64,000 bases of DNA from a virus, in IMG/VR virus record IMGVR_UViG_3300032782_000005, positions 15,485-79,484 of that record. The stretch is one strand, 5' to 3'. The notes under the pieces are model-generated. The model worked only from the letters and a program-made list of their open reading frames with translations. It was not told the origin of the DNA and did no database searches. Position 1 is the first letter of the stretch; each line of letters begins with the position of its first letter. This document shows positions 1-9,334 of this stretch, piece after piece. A program made the translations under genes and the position numbers.

Positions 1-89
1 TGTGTCGCCTGCGCCAAAACGCCGGCGTCTACGAGCGGCTGACTTTAGCTGCAACCCCGGATCACCCCGTTCATTTTAGGAGCCTGAAA

Positions 90-552
90 ATGTCCGAACA
101 GATCATCCCTGCGGATGTGGAAAAGACGCTCATAGGCAAGGTGGACGGCAAGAGCGTCTTCCTTGTGGACGGGGACGAGATCAAAGTAAAATACGAAATG
201 GACTATCTTTGAAGGCGGCAATGGCTACCGCTATCCATTCATCCCCAAGGACGAAATCTGGATTGATGGGGTGGAAGTCCAGTCGCAGGACATCGCCTTC
301 ATCATCTACCACGAAGCCTACGAGTCGCGGCTGATAAAGCAGGGCCTCAGTTACGACGATGCCCACAAGCGGGCCAACGGCGTCGAGCGGCAGTTGCGGC
401 TGCGGCAGTTGCGGCAGCGCGAGGAAGAAGCCTCCGAATACGCCTACGGCACCGAGCCTCCCTCGTCCGGCTGGGAGTGCGTCGGCGAAATGAAATGGCG
501 GCGCACGGGCAAAAGGATACAATCGGACGGGACACACGGAGAAAAAACATGA
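90..552 (+). CDS. Phage hypothetical protein (D-x-x-EGG...FIP..EIWID type) split by a +1 frameshift at CTT-TGA (207-212)
   Basis: AGGAG RBS at 78-82 and ATG at 90. Frame 0 ends ...EMDYL* at 212. The +1 frame continues EGGNGYRYPFIPKDEIWID...HEAYE (HExxE) to the stop at 552. Confidence 0.6.
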
Positions 553-995
553 CGGCAGTTGCAGAAGTCGAGACGAAGTTCGAGCGGCAACAGGACGGCT
601 CCCTGATCTACAAGCGCGAGCCCAAGCCCACCGACCCCTCGATCCTCCGCACGGCCCAAAACAACGTCCACATCTTCGAGCGCATCTGCACCAAGCCGCG
701 CCAGACCGGAACGGACCCAATGACGCTGGCCGTGCGCATGGCGCCAGGCGTGCCCCGCGAAGAGGCGGAGAAGATGCTTCTCGAACGGATCGAGTCGGCC
801 AAGGCCAAGTACGGCAAGCTTGTCATCGACGCAGACACCGGCGAGGAGCGCTGCGTCGAGCCGGCCGTCCTGACCTTCGCGCGCGTGGGTCTGAAGGAAG
901 GCTGGGTGATCGCCGAGTCGGTCTACGCCTCCAGGCAAAAGCCGCTGGAGATTCACGCCGTCGTTCACGCGGACGGGTCCGTCGAGGGGTACTGA
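549..995 (+). CDS. Hypothetical phage protein
   Basis: GGAG RBS, ATG overlapping the previous stop, GC3-rich codons. Confidence 0.7.
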   Translation: MTAVAEVETKFERQQDGSLIYKREPKPTDPSILRTAQNNVHIFERICTKPRQTGTDPMTLAVRMAPGVPREEAEKMLLERIESAKAKYGKLVIDADTGEERCVEPAVLTFARVGLKEGWVIAESVYASRQKPLEIHAVVHADGSVEGY

Positions 996-1282
996 TGGTC
1001 TTCTACGACAGGGCGACGCGCGTGGTCATGAACGACCACGGCGGCCTCACCCTTCATTTCGACGGCTTCCAGATCAGCAACACCATCGGCGGCGAGTGGT
1101 GCATGAGCCGCCCTGAAGGCAATCGCTGGGTCGAGCAGACGTACCACAAGAGCATCATGGAAGCCTTCTGGGCCGGTATGAAGTGGCCTGAAAATGTTCC
1201 GCCCGACCAGTTCATCATCGAGCCTCCATGCCAACCAACGCGCTCTTCCAGGCGTACCAACAAGGCGTGCAGGCGGCCGTAA
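995..1282 (+). CDS. Hypothetical phage protein
   Basis: TGATG coupling to the upstream gene. Confidence 0.55.
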   Translation: MVFYDRATRVVMNDHGGLTLHFDGFQISNTIGGEWCMSRPEGNRWVEQTYHKSIMEAFWAGMKWPENVPPDQFIIEPPCQPTRSSRRTNKACRRP

Positions 1283-2487
1283 CCTTGCCCCTGCAAGACC
1301 CGATCCCCGAACGCGCCAACAGGATTCGCTTCGGACGGGAGAGGGCGCACAGGCTCGAACTGGCGAACTCGCTCTACTGCCCCGCCGGAAGATGGCCGTC
1401 ACGAGGCTACGTTCTCGTCCTTCGCAGCGACCTCAACAACGTCCAGAACAAGTACGCCACGAATTTCCAGTTGAACTTCACCGATGTTAAGACCGGAACC
1501 TCCCTTACCTTCCAGAACCTCTCGATCATCCATGCCTGGTGCGTCAGCCGGGGGAACACCGCCGATCCGGATGCGGTATACCTCGTTGAGTTGACAGACA
1601 ACCGTGGAATCCTCTGGTCGCCGTGGTTTCAGTTCCCCACGACAAGTCAATACAACATCGTCGCGCCGGCGTATCCGGGGCAGTATTACTCAGGGTCGAT
1701 GAACGCGGGAGTTCCGTGGGACTGGAACGGGATGGTCGGGGACCTGTGGGGCCAGATGGGGACGTTTCTGGGAACTTTTCCGGGGTTGCCTTCGTTTCCC
1801 ACTGCCACACCGGAAGGGTTCAGTTTCCCCGGCGTCGGCGCGTGGGACGCCCTGAACCGAATCCTCGAACTGACCGGGATGCAGGTCTCCGCGGATCACA
1901 CCAACTCCCCTCAGTACGGGATCGTCGTCGTCGGCGCGACCGATGCTGCCTTTGCAGGCTTGCAGGCCAAGTACGAGGGGGACGCGATCGAGGACGATTA
2001 CGAGTACATCGACCTCGGCGCGGGGCGCGTTCCCGGCAATATCATCGTTCTTTTCCACCGCAGGAATGAATACTACGGGACCGAGGAGACGGTTCGCAGA
2101 GACAGCCTCCAGTGGTGGACGACGCCCTTTCATCAGGAGACGATCACCGCGACGCAGGCCGGTTTCTCTCAATTCGCTTCCGCCCCAGGAACGGAGTATA
2201 TTTGGGACGACTTCACGGTCCGGTTCGACATCGACGGGAATGCCTTGGCGGCTGACGTGGCGCAAGCGAACGCGATAGCGATCCAGAGAGCCGGCCAGTA
2301 TTACCAGAGGGTCTACCGCGGCACGTTCGGTTATCTGCGGCAGGTTTACACGGGCGTCCTTCCATTCATCACCGGCTCGATGGTGGACGGAATAAGGTGG
2401 GCGCAGGCTCGGACGGGGCAAGGGTTCACGACGACAATCACTCGAGGCCCCCAACCGCCGTTCGGGGAGTTGTGGGATGGATCGTGA
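1228..2487 (+). CDS. Putative tail/baseplate structural protein
   Basis: 419 aa rich in Gly/Thr/aromatic residues, directly upstream of fibre-like genes; function inferred from position. Confidence 0.5.
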   Translation: MPTNALFQAYQQGVQAAVTLPLQDPIPERANRIRFGRERAHRLELANSLYCPAGRWPSRGYVLVLRSDLNNVQNKYATNFQLNFTDVKTGTSLTFQNLSIIHAWCVSRGNTADPDAVYLVELTDNRGILWSPWFQFPTTSQYNIVAPAYPGQYYSGSMNAGVPWDWNGMVGDLWGQMGTFLGTFPGLPSFPTATPEGFSFPGVGAWDALNRILELTGMQVSADHTNSPQYGIVVVGATDAAFAGLQAKYEGDAIEDDYEYIDLGAGRVPGNIIVLFHRRNEYYGTEETVRRDSLQWWTTPFHQETITATQAGFSQFASAPGTEYIWDDFTVRFDIDGNALAADVAQANAIAIQRAGQYYQRVYRGTFGYLRQVYTGVLPFITGSMVDGIRWAQARTGQGFTTTITRGPQPPFGELWDGS

Positions 2488-3454
2488 CTCGACCAATCTT
2501 CAGGCGCCGCGTCTTGGGCCAACCGCCCCCCTGTATCCGGAGCTTCCCCAACTCTGCGAGGTCAGCGGACCCGTCACCGTCAACAACATCTATCCGGGGT
2601 TCGTTCAGCAGTTCTCACCGGCCCTGGTTCTGAGACGCCGCGAGGCGTGCTGGGTCCACGAGCCAAACGGACTGCAACTTTATCCCATTCCCGGTCTCTC
2701 GCGCCCCGTCTACGACTGCCGACTTGTCTCCTCGTATCATGGCCTCCCTCTTTACGTTGCGACCTGTTGCCCGACGCAGGGATTTTCGTCGGCTTCCTCA
2801 TCCAGTTCCGCCGCGCCGGTCGCGCGAGCGTCGCTGGGAAAAACTCAAGGAGGCTACCCCGTCCCCGTCTCAACGCTGACGCTTTCCTCACTCACGATCC
2901 CCAGCAATTCCCTCCTCGTCGCCGTCGCAAGCGTCGTCGGCAGCGCCGGTCTGGTCGGATCAGTGCGCTGGGGGCCATACACGCTGGGCGTCGATGCGGA
3001 GGCGATCCTGCCCGGCGCTGCGTCATTGGCCGGCAGTCTGGCGATCCTGTCCGCGACGATTGATTCTGGCGGGACGAACGATCTGGTTCTGACCTCAACG
3101 CTGCCCGGCGCGTTGACTCTTCAGGCCATGCGCGTCTCCGGCCTTTACGACGACGTGCCGGATCAGTCGGCTTCGGCGACTGGCGTGGCCTCAGCGCCGG
3201 ATTCCGGCTCGACTGGAAACACGACCGCCGTTCCCGAATATGTCCAGGGCGCGTTCCTGATGCTCACACCGCCCTCGTGGTCGTGGCTGAATGGGTTTCT
3301 GTCCGGCGGGCAGGATTTGAGCCAGACCGTGCAGGGCGTCTCGGTCTCGGTCACAGAAGGGTGGAAGCAATTGGCGGCGCTTCAGGCGGTCGATGCCGCG
3401 CTGGGCGGCGGGAACGCGGCGGCGTGGGCCGGGGCTTGCGTCACCTATTTCTGA
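2477..3454 (+). CDS. Putative tail fibre/appendage protein 1 (anchor domain, short Ser linker, beta-rich head)
   Basis: First ~95 aa paralogous to 3462..4382; SSASSSSS linker; C-terminal domain resembles the N-terminal domain of 40480..42378. Confidence 0.6.
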   Translation: MDRDSTNLQAPRLGPTAPLYPELPQLCEVSGPVTVNNIYPGFVQQFSPALVLRRREACWVHEPNGLQLYPIPGLSRPVYDCRLVSSYHGLPLYVATCCPTQGFSSASSSSSAAPVARASLGKTQGGYPVPVSTLTLSSLTIPSNSLLVAVASVVGSAGLVGSVRWGPYTLGVDAEAILPGAASLAGSLAILSATIDSGGTNDLVLTSTLPGALTLQAMRVSGLYDDVPDQSASATGVASAPDSGSTGNTTAVPEYVQGAFLMLTPPSWSWLNGFLSGGQDLSQTVQGVSVSVTEGWKQLAALQAVDAALGGGNAAAWAGACVTYF

Positions 3455-3461
3455 GGTTGCG

Positions 3462-4382
3462 ATGGACGACAACCTCACCGGCATTCGACCGCCCTACCTT
3501 GGGCCAATTCCTCCCGGCTATCCTCCCCTTCGCCAACTCATGCGGGTCACAGGGCCTTCGGTCGGAGGCGTCGCGCCTGCCCTATTGGAACAGTGGGACG
3601 ACAAGAACCTCGTCCTGCGCGACCGTGAGCCCGCGTTCGCGTGGGAGCCGAATCTTCTGAGTTTCCCCAAAGGAGTCTTTCAAGGACGCCTCATCTCGAC
3701 CTGGCAGGGCAAGCCTCTCTTCGTCGTCAGTCTGGCCTGCTGCGGTGGAATTCCGGCGAGTTCTTCCAGTCCGTCGGTCGCGTCACCCTCGGTTCCGTCT
3801 TCAAGTTTTCCATCGTCGAGGCTGCCGTCGTCTTCCGGCATCCCATCTCCGTCGTCGCCATCCTCGCCGAAGCCGTCGCTCAGTTCCCAACCATCGGTAA
3901 GCCTTCCATCTACCAGTCCGCCGCCAACATCGTCGGTTCAGCCGCCTCCCGTTTCGTCGGCCGCTCCGAGCGCGAGCCCGTCGTCCAGTTCATCTTCCTC
4001 ATCGAGCGGTTCGAGTTCTTCCAGTTCGTCATCTGGAATTGCCGGGACGATTTCAACGACGTGCTGCCCGAACCTTCTGCCGACGACGCTTTACGCAACC
4101 TTTTCGGGCTTCCTGAGCGGGACCGTGCCGATTCAATGGGCTGGCGGCCAAACGTGGACCGCAAGCACGACCCTGTGCGGCTTCACGTCGTCGGTTCAGT
4201 TGGTGTGCTCCGGAAGTGTGTGGACGCTGCAAATCTCGGCAGGCGGCGGGTCATCATGCTTCGTGCCTACGACATCAGCCCAGGCTGGAGGAATGTGCCT
4301 CCCCTTCATGCAGACGTTCAACATGACTGGCCTGAGCGGATGCTGCGCCGGCCAGAACTTTACGGTCGTCGTGACTGAGTGA
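3462..4382 (+). CDS. Putative tail fibre/appendage protein 2 with ~90 aa Ser/Pro stalk and Cys-rich head
   Basis: GAGG RBS and ATG at 3462; paralogous anchor domain; S/P tract; C-terminal domain containing CC pairs. Confidence 0.6.
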   Translation: MDDNLTGIRPPYLGPIPPGYPPLRQLMRVTGPSVGGVAPALLEQWDDKNLVLRDREPAFAWEPNLLSFPKGVFQGRLISTWQGKPLFVVSLACCGGIPASSSSPSVASPSVPSSSFPSSRLPSSSGIPSPSSPSSPKPSLSSQPSVSLPSTSPPPTSSVQPPPVSSAAPSASPSSSSSSSSSGSSSSSSSSGIAGTISTTCCPNLLPTTLYATFSGFLSGTVPIQWAGGQTWTASTTLCGFTSSVQLVCSGSVWTLQISAGGGSSCFVPTTSAQAGGMCLPFMQTFNMTGLSGCCAGQNFTVVVTE

Positions 4383-4755
4383 TCCGGGCCACGACCTTTC
4401 TGGTTATGTCCCGGTCCCCGCGGATGAGCCACGGACCCATGCGAACACCGTCCCAGTCCATGACGTGGCTGGGGCCGATCCGGGAACAACACACGACGCC
4501 CTTCCACCGCGACGAGTCCTCCTCGGAGGTCGTCAAATGATTGAGATCGTCAAAGGGCACGTCGTCAACGCTGAGGTAGAGGCAGGAAGGGCAGACGGAG
4601 GAATGGAGGCCGAGATCGGAAGTGCGACTGACGAACTCGGCGTAATCGCTCGGCGGATTCTCCCGTGGATGCGCCATCTTCCACGCGGCGGCGAACAGAC
4701 AGGCTCCGGCCAGCGCGACCGGGACGAGGACGAAGAGGATATTGCGGCGTTTCAT
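4360..4755 (-). CDS. Hypothetical membrane-anchored or secreted protein (moron)
   Basis: GGAGG RBS; MKRRNILFVLVPVALAGACLFAAAW hydrophobic N-terminus. Confidence 0.6.
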   Translation of the reverse strand: MKRRNILFVLVPVALAGACLFAAAWKMAHPRENPPSDYAEFVSRTSDLGLHSSVCPSCLYLSVDDVPFDDLNHLTTSEEDSSRWKGVVCCSRIGPSHVMDWDGVRMGPWLIRGDRDITRKVVARITQSRRP

Positions 4756-4766
4756 GGATGAGCCTC

Positions 4767-5003
4767 CTATCGGATTATACGCGGCAAGCACGGCCCCATC
4801 GGCAGGTTCTTCCTCTCCAGCCTCACCGCCTTCTTCGCCGCCCAGCGCAGGTGCCTCATGGCATAGTCCAGCGGGATGGAGCGCCACTCCTGATCGTCGG
4901 GCTGGGTGACGATGCCGGGGCGCGCCTTGGGGACGAGGTAGTCGAGCCGGTCCATCAGGGACAGGCCCAAAAGGATGTGGGCGGCGCGGCGGGAGAGGAT
5001 CAT
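4767..5003 (-). CDS. Hypothetical protein (moron)
   Basis: AAGGGG RBS before the ATG at 5003. Confidence 0.45.
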   Translation of the reverse strand: MILSRRAAHILLGLSLMDRLDYLVPKARPGIVTQPDDQEWRSIPLDYAMRHLRWAAKKAVRLERKNLPMGPCLPRIIR

Positions 5004-5068
5004 GCGAGCCCCTTTTGTTCGGCGATCCATTCGGTCACGGAGCGGCGTTAGTCATGGGTGGACTCCTT

Positions 5069-5494
5069 TCAGGAAACGTGAGACGCGGTGATTCCGTAAT
5101 GGCGGTAAGACGCCGTGCCGGAGTAGGTTGAGCGAAGCGTCCGAATCAGCCCATCAGGATCGTTTATGTGCGGATAGTTGAGGCTCCCATCTCTATTATT
5201 CCGTGGAGACCGACTCCAATGGCTGTCCGAGAATGGCACCTCGTTTCCTCCCTTGAAGACTCCGCATTCGTGCAGTCGTTTCTTGAGCCACAGACGCCAC
5301 ATTCCCCGGCTCCAGTAGTGGAAAGCGACGTTCCTCATTTCCGCAAGAACCCGCTCGCAGGCTTGGCCCAGGGCGTGAACGTCAACGCCAACCTGATATT
5401 CCCACATGAGGCGCACGGCGAGCGTCGGCCAGTCGCGACGGTTGACTTCGTGAAAGATGATGCATTCCGGTCGTTCTGGCGTGAAACTCATCAT
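5069..5494 (-). CDS. Hypothetical protein (moron)
   Basis: GAGGAG RBS; lower GC than flanking genes. Confidence 0.5.
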   Translation of the reverse strand: MMSFTPERPECIIFHEVNRRDWPTLAVRLMWEYQVGVDVHALGQACERVLAEMRNVAFHYWSRGMWRLWLKKRLHECGVFKGGNEVPFSDSHWSRSPRNNRDGSLNYPHINDPDGLIRTLRSTYSGTASYRHYGITASHVS

Positions 5495-5619
5495 GGGTAT
5501 TCGACTCCTCTTCTTTCCACCTGCCCAAGGTGACAACCCATCCCCTAGGCGCATGGAAGTGATTTCACAATCACAACCCGCGTGCCGCTATCACGGACAA
5601 TGCGGATGGGTGACTAGCG

Positions 5620-5886
5620 AAAGTGTACCACTACCGGCTTCCGGCCAGAAGATCGGGGCGATGCCCAGCTCGCACTCTTCCTGAATCAGACAGCAGAGAT
5701 TGTGGCAGAGGAACTTGCACAGCACGCGATTCGAGCAACCAGATACTTGAGTTCCCGTTCTAAAAGCTGGGGGCACGGCTCGTGGCCGTGCCCAAGGTGC
5801 GTCACAAGTTCTCGGGAGGGGTGCGCTACGGCGCCAACCATCACGCACACTTCCGAGTAGAGGGACGTAATCTACCATGAAGTGCC
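5620..5886 (-). mobile_element. IS debris: C-terminal fragment of a DDE transposase plus candidate IS ends
   Basis: Minus strand reads NRVLCKFLCHNLCCLIQEECELGIAPIFW, resembling the C-terminus of IS4/IS5-superfamily transposases. IS-end-like motifs at 5620-5635, 5735-5756 and 5862-5886. Confidence 0.55.
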
Positions 5887-6259
5887 GTAAGAAAGCAATC
5901 CCGCTTTCGCCGGATGAAGACCAACTTCTACGTCATTTGTACGTAGAACGACGGATTCCGAGCCGGACGACCCTATCGACGTTCAGGTGGACGTAGTTTG
6001 ATGACCCCATGCCCATCTCCTTCGCTTGTACTCCGAACGAATAGCGCACCTCCCCTACCCCTCCATACTTTTCGCGTGGAATCCATGCGCAGCGGCCTTT
6101 CGCCACGTCTCACGACGTTGCTGTTTTATCGGTCGTAATTAGCCTTGCCGCTGGCCGTGTCACTTCGCAGACCTCTTGATTCAGCGTTGCCCATCCGGGG
6201 GCTATGGCCTAGACGGCGAGAAGTGCAATTTGATATGCTGATCTCGCCGTCACGTGTTT

Positions 6260-6303
6260 GGCCGTCGAGAAGTCTTGGCAGGCTCTCGGCGGCCTTTTTC
6301 TTT
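6260..6303 (+). terminator. Rho-independent terminator-like hairpin
   Basis: GGCCGTCGAGA...CTCGGCGGCC followed by TTTTTCTTT. Confidence 0.6.
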
Positions 6304-6352
6304 CAGGCCCACTCTACCGCGCCCGCCCCGAGAATCAAATAGAATCTTCTTC

Positions 6353-7606
6353 ATGAAGCCCTGCGGCCATCCCCCGGACCAGCCCGTCGAATCCTGCCGT
6401 GTGTGTTTCTTGTACTCCACCCGCCTCGACTACCGCGCCCTCTGGGACGCTACTGGTAATTTTACCAGTAGAAAATTGTCGTATCTCAAATGCGCCTTTT
6501 TAAGCCGCCGCGCCCGCAACGAAGACGGCACGGTGAAGACGCGAGCCTGCGCCCCCTGCGGCGGCAAACAACTGGAGGTATTCCGGTGCGTCTGTCCGTC
6601 GCTTAGAATCGGCGAATCGGATCACGAGACGACGCTGGCCGAATGCGAGACGTGCCCACACAGGACGAGGGGAACGATGCCCGACGCGCGGAAACTGATC
6701 CTCAGGAACCACCTTTCCCCCGGCGACGTTCTCGTGATGACCGCCGCGATCCACTCGCTGCACAAGGCGCACCCCGGAAGGTTCCGGATCGCCGTCGATA
6801 CAGCCTGCCCGGCGATCTTCGAGAACAGCCCGGAGGTCGAGCCGCTGGATAAGGCGCGCGAGGAGAAATGGGAGGAAATGGATACGCATTATCCTTTGGT
6901 GAACGAGTGCAACCAGAGGGGCATCCATTTCATGCAAGCGTACTGCTCATATTTCGAGGACAATCTGCAAGTCCGCGTTCCACTGGCGACGAACAGGCCG
7001 ATGGTGTGGCTCAGCGCCGAGGAGAAGGGCTGGATGAATCAGGTCGAGGAGGCGTTCAAATACAAGGGGAGGTTCTGGCTCGTCAACGCCGGGCGAAAGA
7101 ATGACTACACCTGCAAGCACTGGGGAACGGAATCCTTCCAGCGCGTCGTCGATTCACTCCGGGGCAAGGTCGTGTTCGTGCAAGTCGGCGCGGCAGAGCA
7201 TCATCATCCACCGCTCAGGAACGTCCTGAACCTCGTCGGCAAGACCGACCTGAGGCAATTGATCCGCCTCTGCTGGCACGCGGACGGCGTTCTGTGCGGC
7301 GTGACGATGCTCCACCATTTGGCGGCGGCCCTGGAAAAACGCTGCGTGACGATCATGGGCGGGCGCGAGCCGGTCCAATGGAACTCGTACCCTCGTTGCC
7401 AACTCCTGCACACCATCGGCTCGCTCTCCTGCTGTCGAGACGGAGGGTGCTGGAAGTCGCGCGTCATCGCCCTGCCCGACAACGCCGAACAGAACAACTC
7501 GCTTTGCGAGCAACCTCAACCGGGCGACGAACCGATTCCCCGTTGTATGAGCCTTATCCGCCCCGACGACGTGGCGTCGAAGGTCGCGCTCTTGACGACG
7601 GCATGA
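6353..7606 (+). CDS. GT9-family (ADP-heptose-type) glycosyltransferase with an N-terminal Cys-rich domain
   Basis: SPGDVLV, K.W..E.FQ.VVD, VQVG, NLVGKTDLRQLIRL and HLAAAL motifs; C-terminal CC...C...C...CM; possible internal start at 6677 with a GAGGGG RBS. Confidence 0.85.
   Translation: MKPCGHPPDQPVESCRVCFLYSTRLDYRALWDATGNFTSRKLSYLKCAFLSRRARNEDGTVKTRACAPCGGKQLEVFRCVCPSLRIGESDHETTLAECETCPHRTRGTMPDARKLILRNHLSPGDVLVMTAAIHSLHKAHPGRFRIAVDTACPAIFENSPEVEPLDKAREEKWEEMDTHYPLVNECNQRGIHFMQAYCSYFEDNLQVRVPLATNRPMVWLSAEEKGWMNQVEEAFKYKGRFWLVNAGRKNDYTCKHWGTESFQRVVDSLRGKVVFVQVGAAEHHHPPLRNVLNLVGKTDLRQLIRLCWHADGVLCGVTMLHHLAAALEKRCVTIMGGREPVQWNSYPRCQLLHTIGSLSCCRDGGCWKSRVIALPDNAEQNNSLCEQPQPGDEPIPRCMSLIRPDDVASKVALLTTA
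6450..6471. repeat. 22-bp palindrome, copy 1 (inside the GT9 ORF)
   Basis: CTACTGGTAATTTTACCAGTAG followed by AAAATT. Confidence 0.95.
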
Positions 7607-7620
7607 GGCCGGGTTACTAT
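7592..7620 (+). promoter_or_regulatory. Sigma70-like promoter
   Basis: TTGACG-N17-TACTAT; ATG 8 nt downstream (leaderless). Confidence 0.7.
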
Positions 7621-7628
7621 CCCTCCAC

Positions 7629-7766
7629 ATGGGAACCGCGCTGAGGGAATTAAAGACCTGCTTGCGTTGCGGATGGCGCTGGTTTTCGCGCAAGCCGTTC
7701 CCGCCGCGCTGTCCGAACCCGAAGTGCCGAAGCCCATACTGGAACAAGCCAAAGGCGAAGTTATGA
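7629..7766 (+). CDS. Small zinc-ribbon protein (below the ORF-track size cutoff)
   Basis: MGTALRELKTCLRCGWRWFSRKPFPPRCPNPKCRSPYWNKPKAKL; paralog of 55121..55261. Confidence 0.8.
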   Translation: MGTALRELKTCLRCGWRWFSRKPFPPRCPNPKCRSPYWNKPKAKL

Positions 7767-8236
7767 TTGCCTCGGAATGCCGCTGCTGCGAAATGAACGC
7801 CGCCGACCGCCCTTCATGGGGAGACGGTCCGTGGGCCAACGAGCCGGATCGCGCCGAATGGGAACACAATGGTCTGCCTTGCATCACTCACCGTGGCGGA
7901 AACGGCGCATGGTGCGGTTACGTCGGCGTGCCTCCAACTCACCCGTTGCACGGCAAGCGCTACGGCGAGGTTGACTTGGAGGTGCATGGCGGCCTGACCT
8001 ATTCGGACGCTTGCCATGGCCACATCTGCCACACTCCCAAGCCGGGCGAGGGCGACGATGTGTGGTGGTTCGGGTTTGACTGCGCTCATGCCTTTGATCT
8101 CTGTCCGACCATCGACGCGAAAATGCGAGATTACATCTTCCACGGCATACCAGAAGGCCACTACTGGACGCTGGAAGAGGTCCGCGCCGAAGTGAACCAG
8201 CTTGCCGATCAATTGGCGGCCTTGATGGTGAAGTGA
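7763..8236 (+). CDS. Conserved phage hypothetical protein
   Basis: WCGYVGVP..HP, VHGGLTYS and WWFGFDCAH motifs. Confidence 0.75.
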   Translation: MIASECRCCEMNAADRPSWGDGPWANEPDRAEWEHNGLPCITHRGGNGAWCGYVGVPPTHPLHGKRYGEVDLEVHGGLTYSDACHGHICHTPKPGEGDDVWWFGFDCAHAFDLCPTIDAKMRDYIFHGIPEGHYWTLEEVRAEVNQLADQLAALMVK

Positions 8237-8436
8237 TGGGCTACTTCCCCGGCTACGACAACGAACCATGCTGGTTCTGTGGTCGCTCAGACTGCAACGG
8301 CAACCATTCAGGACCGTCGGCTGACGCGGCGCGGGAGAGGATCACGCACTTCGAGCGCGGCTTCGGCCATCCGTCTTGCCCGTGTCAGTCGTGCCGCGAA
8401 ATGCGTGAACGGGAAGCGAACCGGAGGAAGGAATGA
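8233..8436 (+). CDS. Small Cys-rich hypothetical protein
   Basis: Translationally coupled ORF with CxxC motifs. Confidence 0.5.
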   Translation: MMGYFPGYDNEPCWFCGRSDCNGNHSGPSADAARERITHFERGFGHPSCPCQSCREMREREANRRKE

Positions 8437-8732
8437 AGTCGGACAAGAAGATCATCCCCCTTGGCGACCGCGTTCTCCTGCGTCTATCCGAGCCGCAGAA
8501 GCAGCAGGGCCGCATCCTCCTGCCCGAGAAGTTCGCTCCCAAACCGCAGAGCGGGGAAGTGCTTGCGGTGGGGCCGGACTGCAAGTGCGAAAAGAGCATG
8601 AAAGGCGATGAGCAGCGCATTCGCCCAGAAATGGTCGTCATCTTCAACCAGTACGCCGGCACCACTGTCCCCGGCGACGACACACTCCTTCTGATCCGCG
8701 AGGACGAGTTGCTGGGGGTCATGGAAGCGTGA
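8433..8732 (+). CDS. groES: Co-chaperonin GroES
   Basis: PLGDRVL, GEVLAVGP, YAGT and LLIREDELLGV motifs. Confidence 0.93.
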   Translation: MKSDKKIIPLGDRVLLRLSEPQKQQGRILLPEKFAPKPQSGEVLAVGPDCKCEKSMKGDEQRIRPEMVVIFNQYAGTTVPGDDTLLLIREDELLGVMEA

Positions 8733-9334
8733 GAAGCCCCGATCTAGCCTCTTGGCATTCCAGTCGGGTCGCTAAACTCGTTGAGGCGGCGCGTTACAAC
8801 GAGGCTCTTGACGAAGAAAACGACCGTCTGAAGCCTTCAGGGGAAGAGACGTTGTTCGTGGATGGCCTGCGAGCGCTGGGATTCAGCGACAAGCAGATCA
8901 GACTTCTTCATGAGGTCGATTCCCTGCTCTGCAAGTCATGCCGCGACGACTGGGCAGGTTGCCGTTGCTGGGACGATTCGTAATCGGAGTCATGGAATGA
9001 AACTGACCAAGGGCGACTGGCTCCTTCGCCTCACCGAGGTCGAGGACGACCTTCTCCGGGCGCGAGAATGTCGCTTCGGCCATTACCGCGACAGAGACAT
9101 CATCGCGTTGGAGGCTTATCTTCAATGGCTCGAGAGCAAGGCACGGAAAGCGGGGTGGGAGAGTCCGACGCAGACCGTTTCGAGGCCGTCCTGAAAGAAC
9201 TGGTCTCTACCGTCCGCGAGGCCATCGAGAAACGAAAGAACATGGGCGACCACCGGCAGCGCAAACGGCTGGAGGCCGCGCTGGAGGCGTACACGGTGCT
9301 GGTCGAGGAGTTGTACGGGAGCGAACGCGAATGA
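8729..9334 (+). CDS. Two or three small hypothetical genes (8729..8983, 8997..9194, and one ending at 9334)
   Basis: Coupled short ORFs; starts uncertain. Confidence 0.4.

Noticed and set aside
2477-4382. Diversity-generating retroelement acting on the fibre genes
   Set aside because: No reverse transcriptase and no TR/VR pair was seen.
6450-6471. Palindrome as a rho-independent terminator
   Set aside because: The stem is AT-rich, there is no consistent U-tract, and it occurs inside ORFs with strict sequence conservation, which fits a protein-binding site better.
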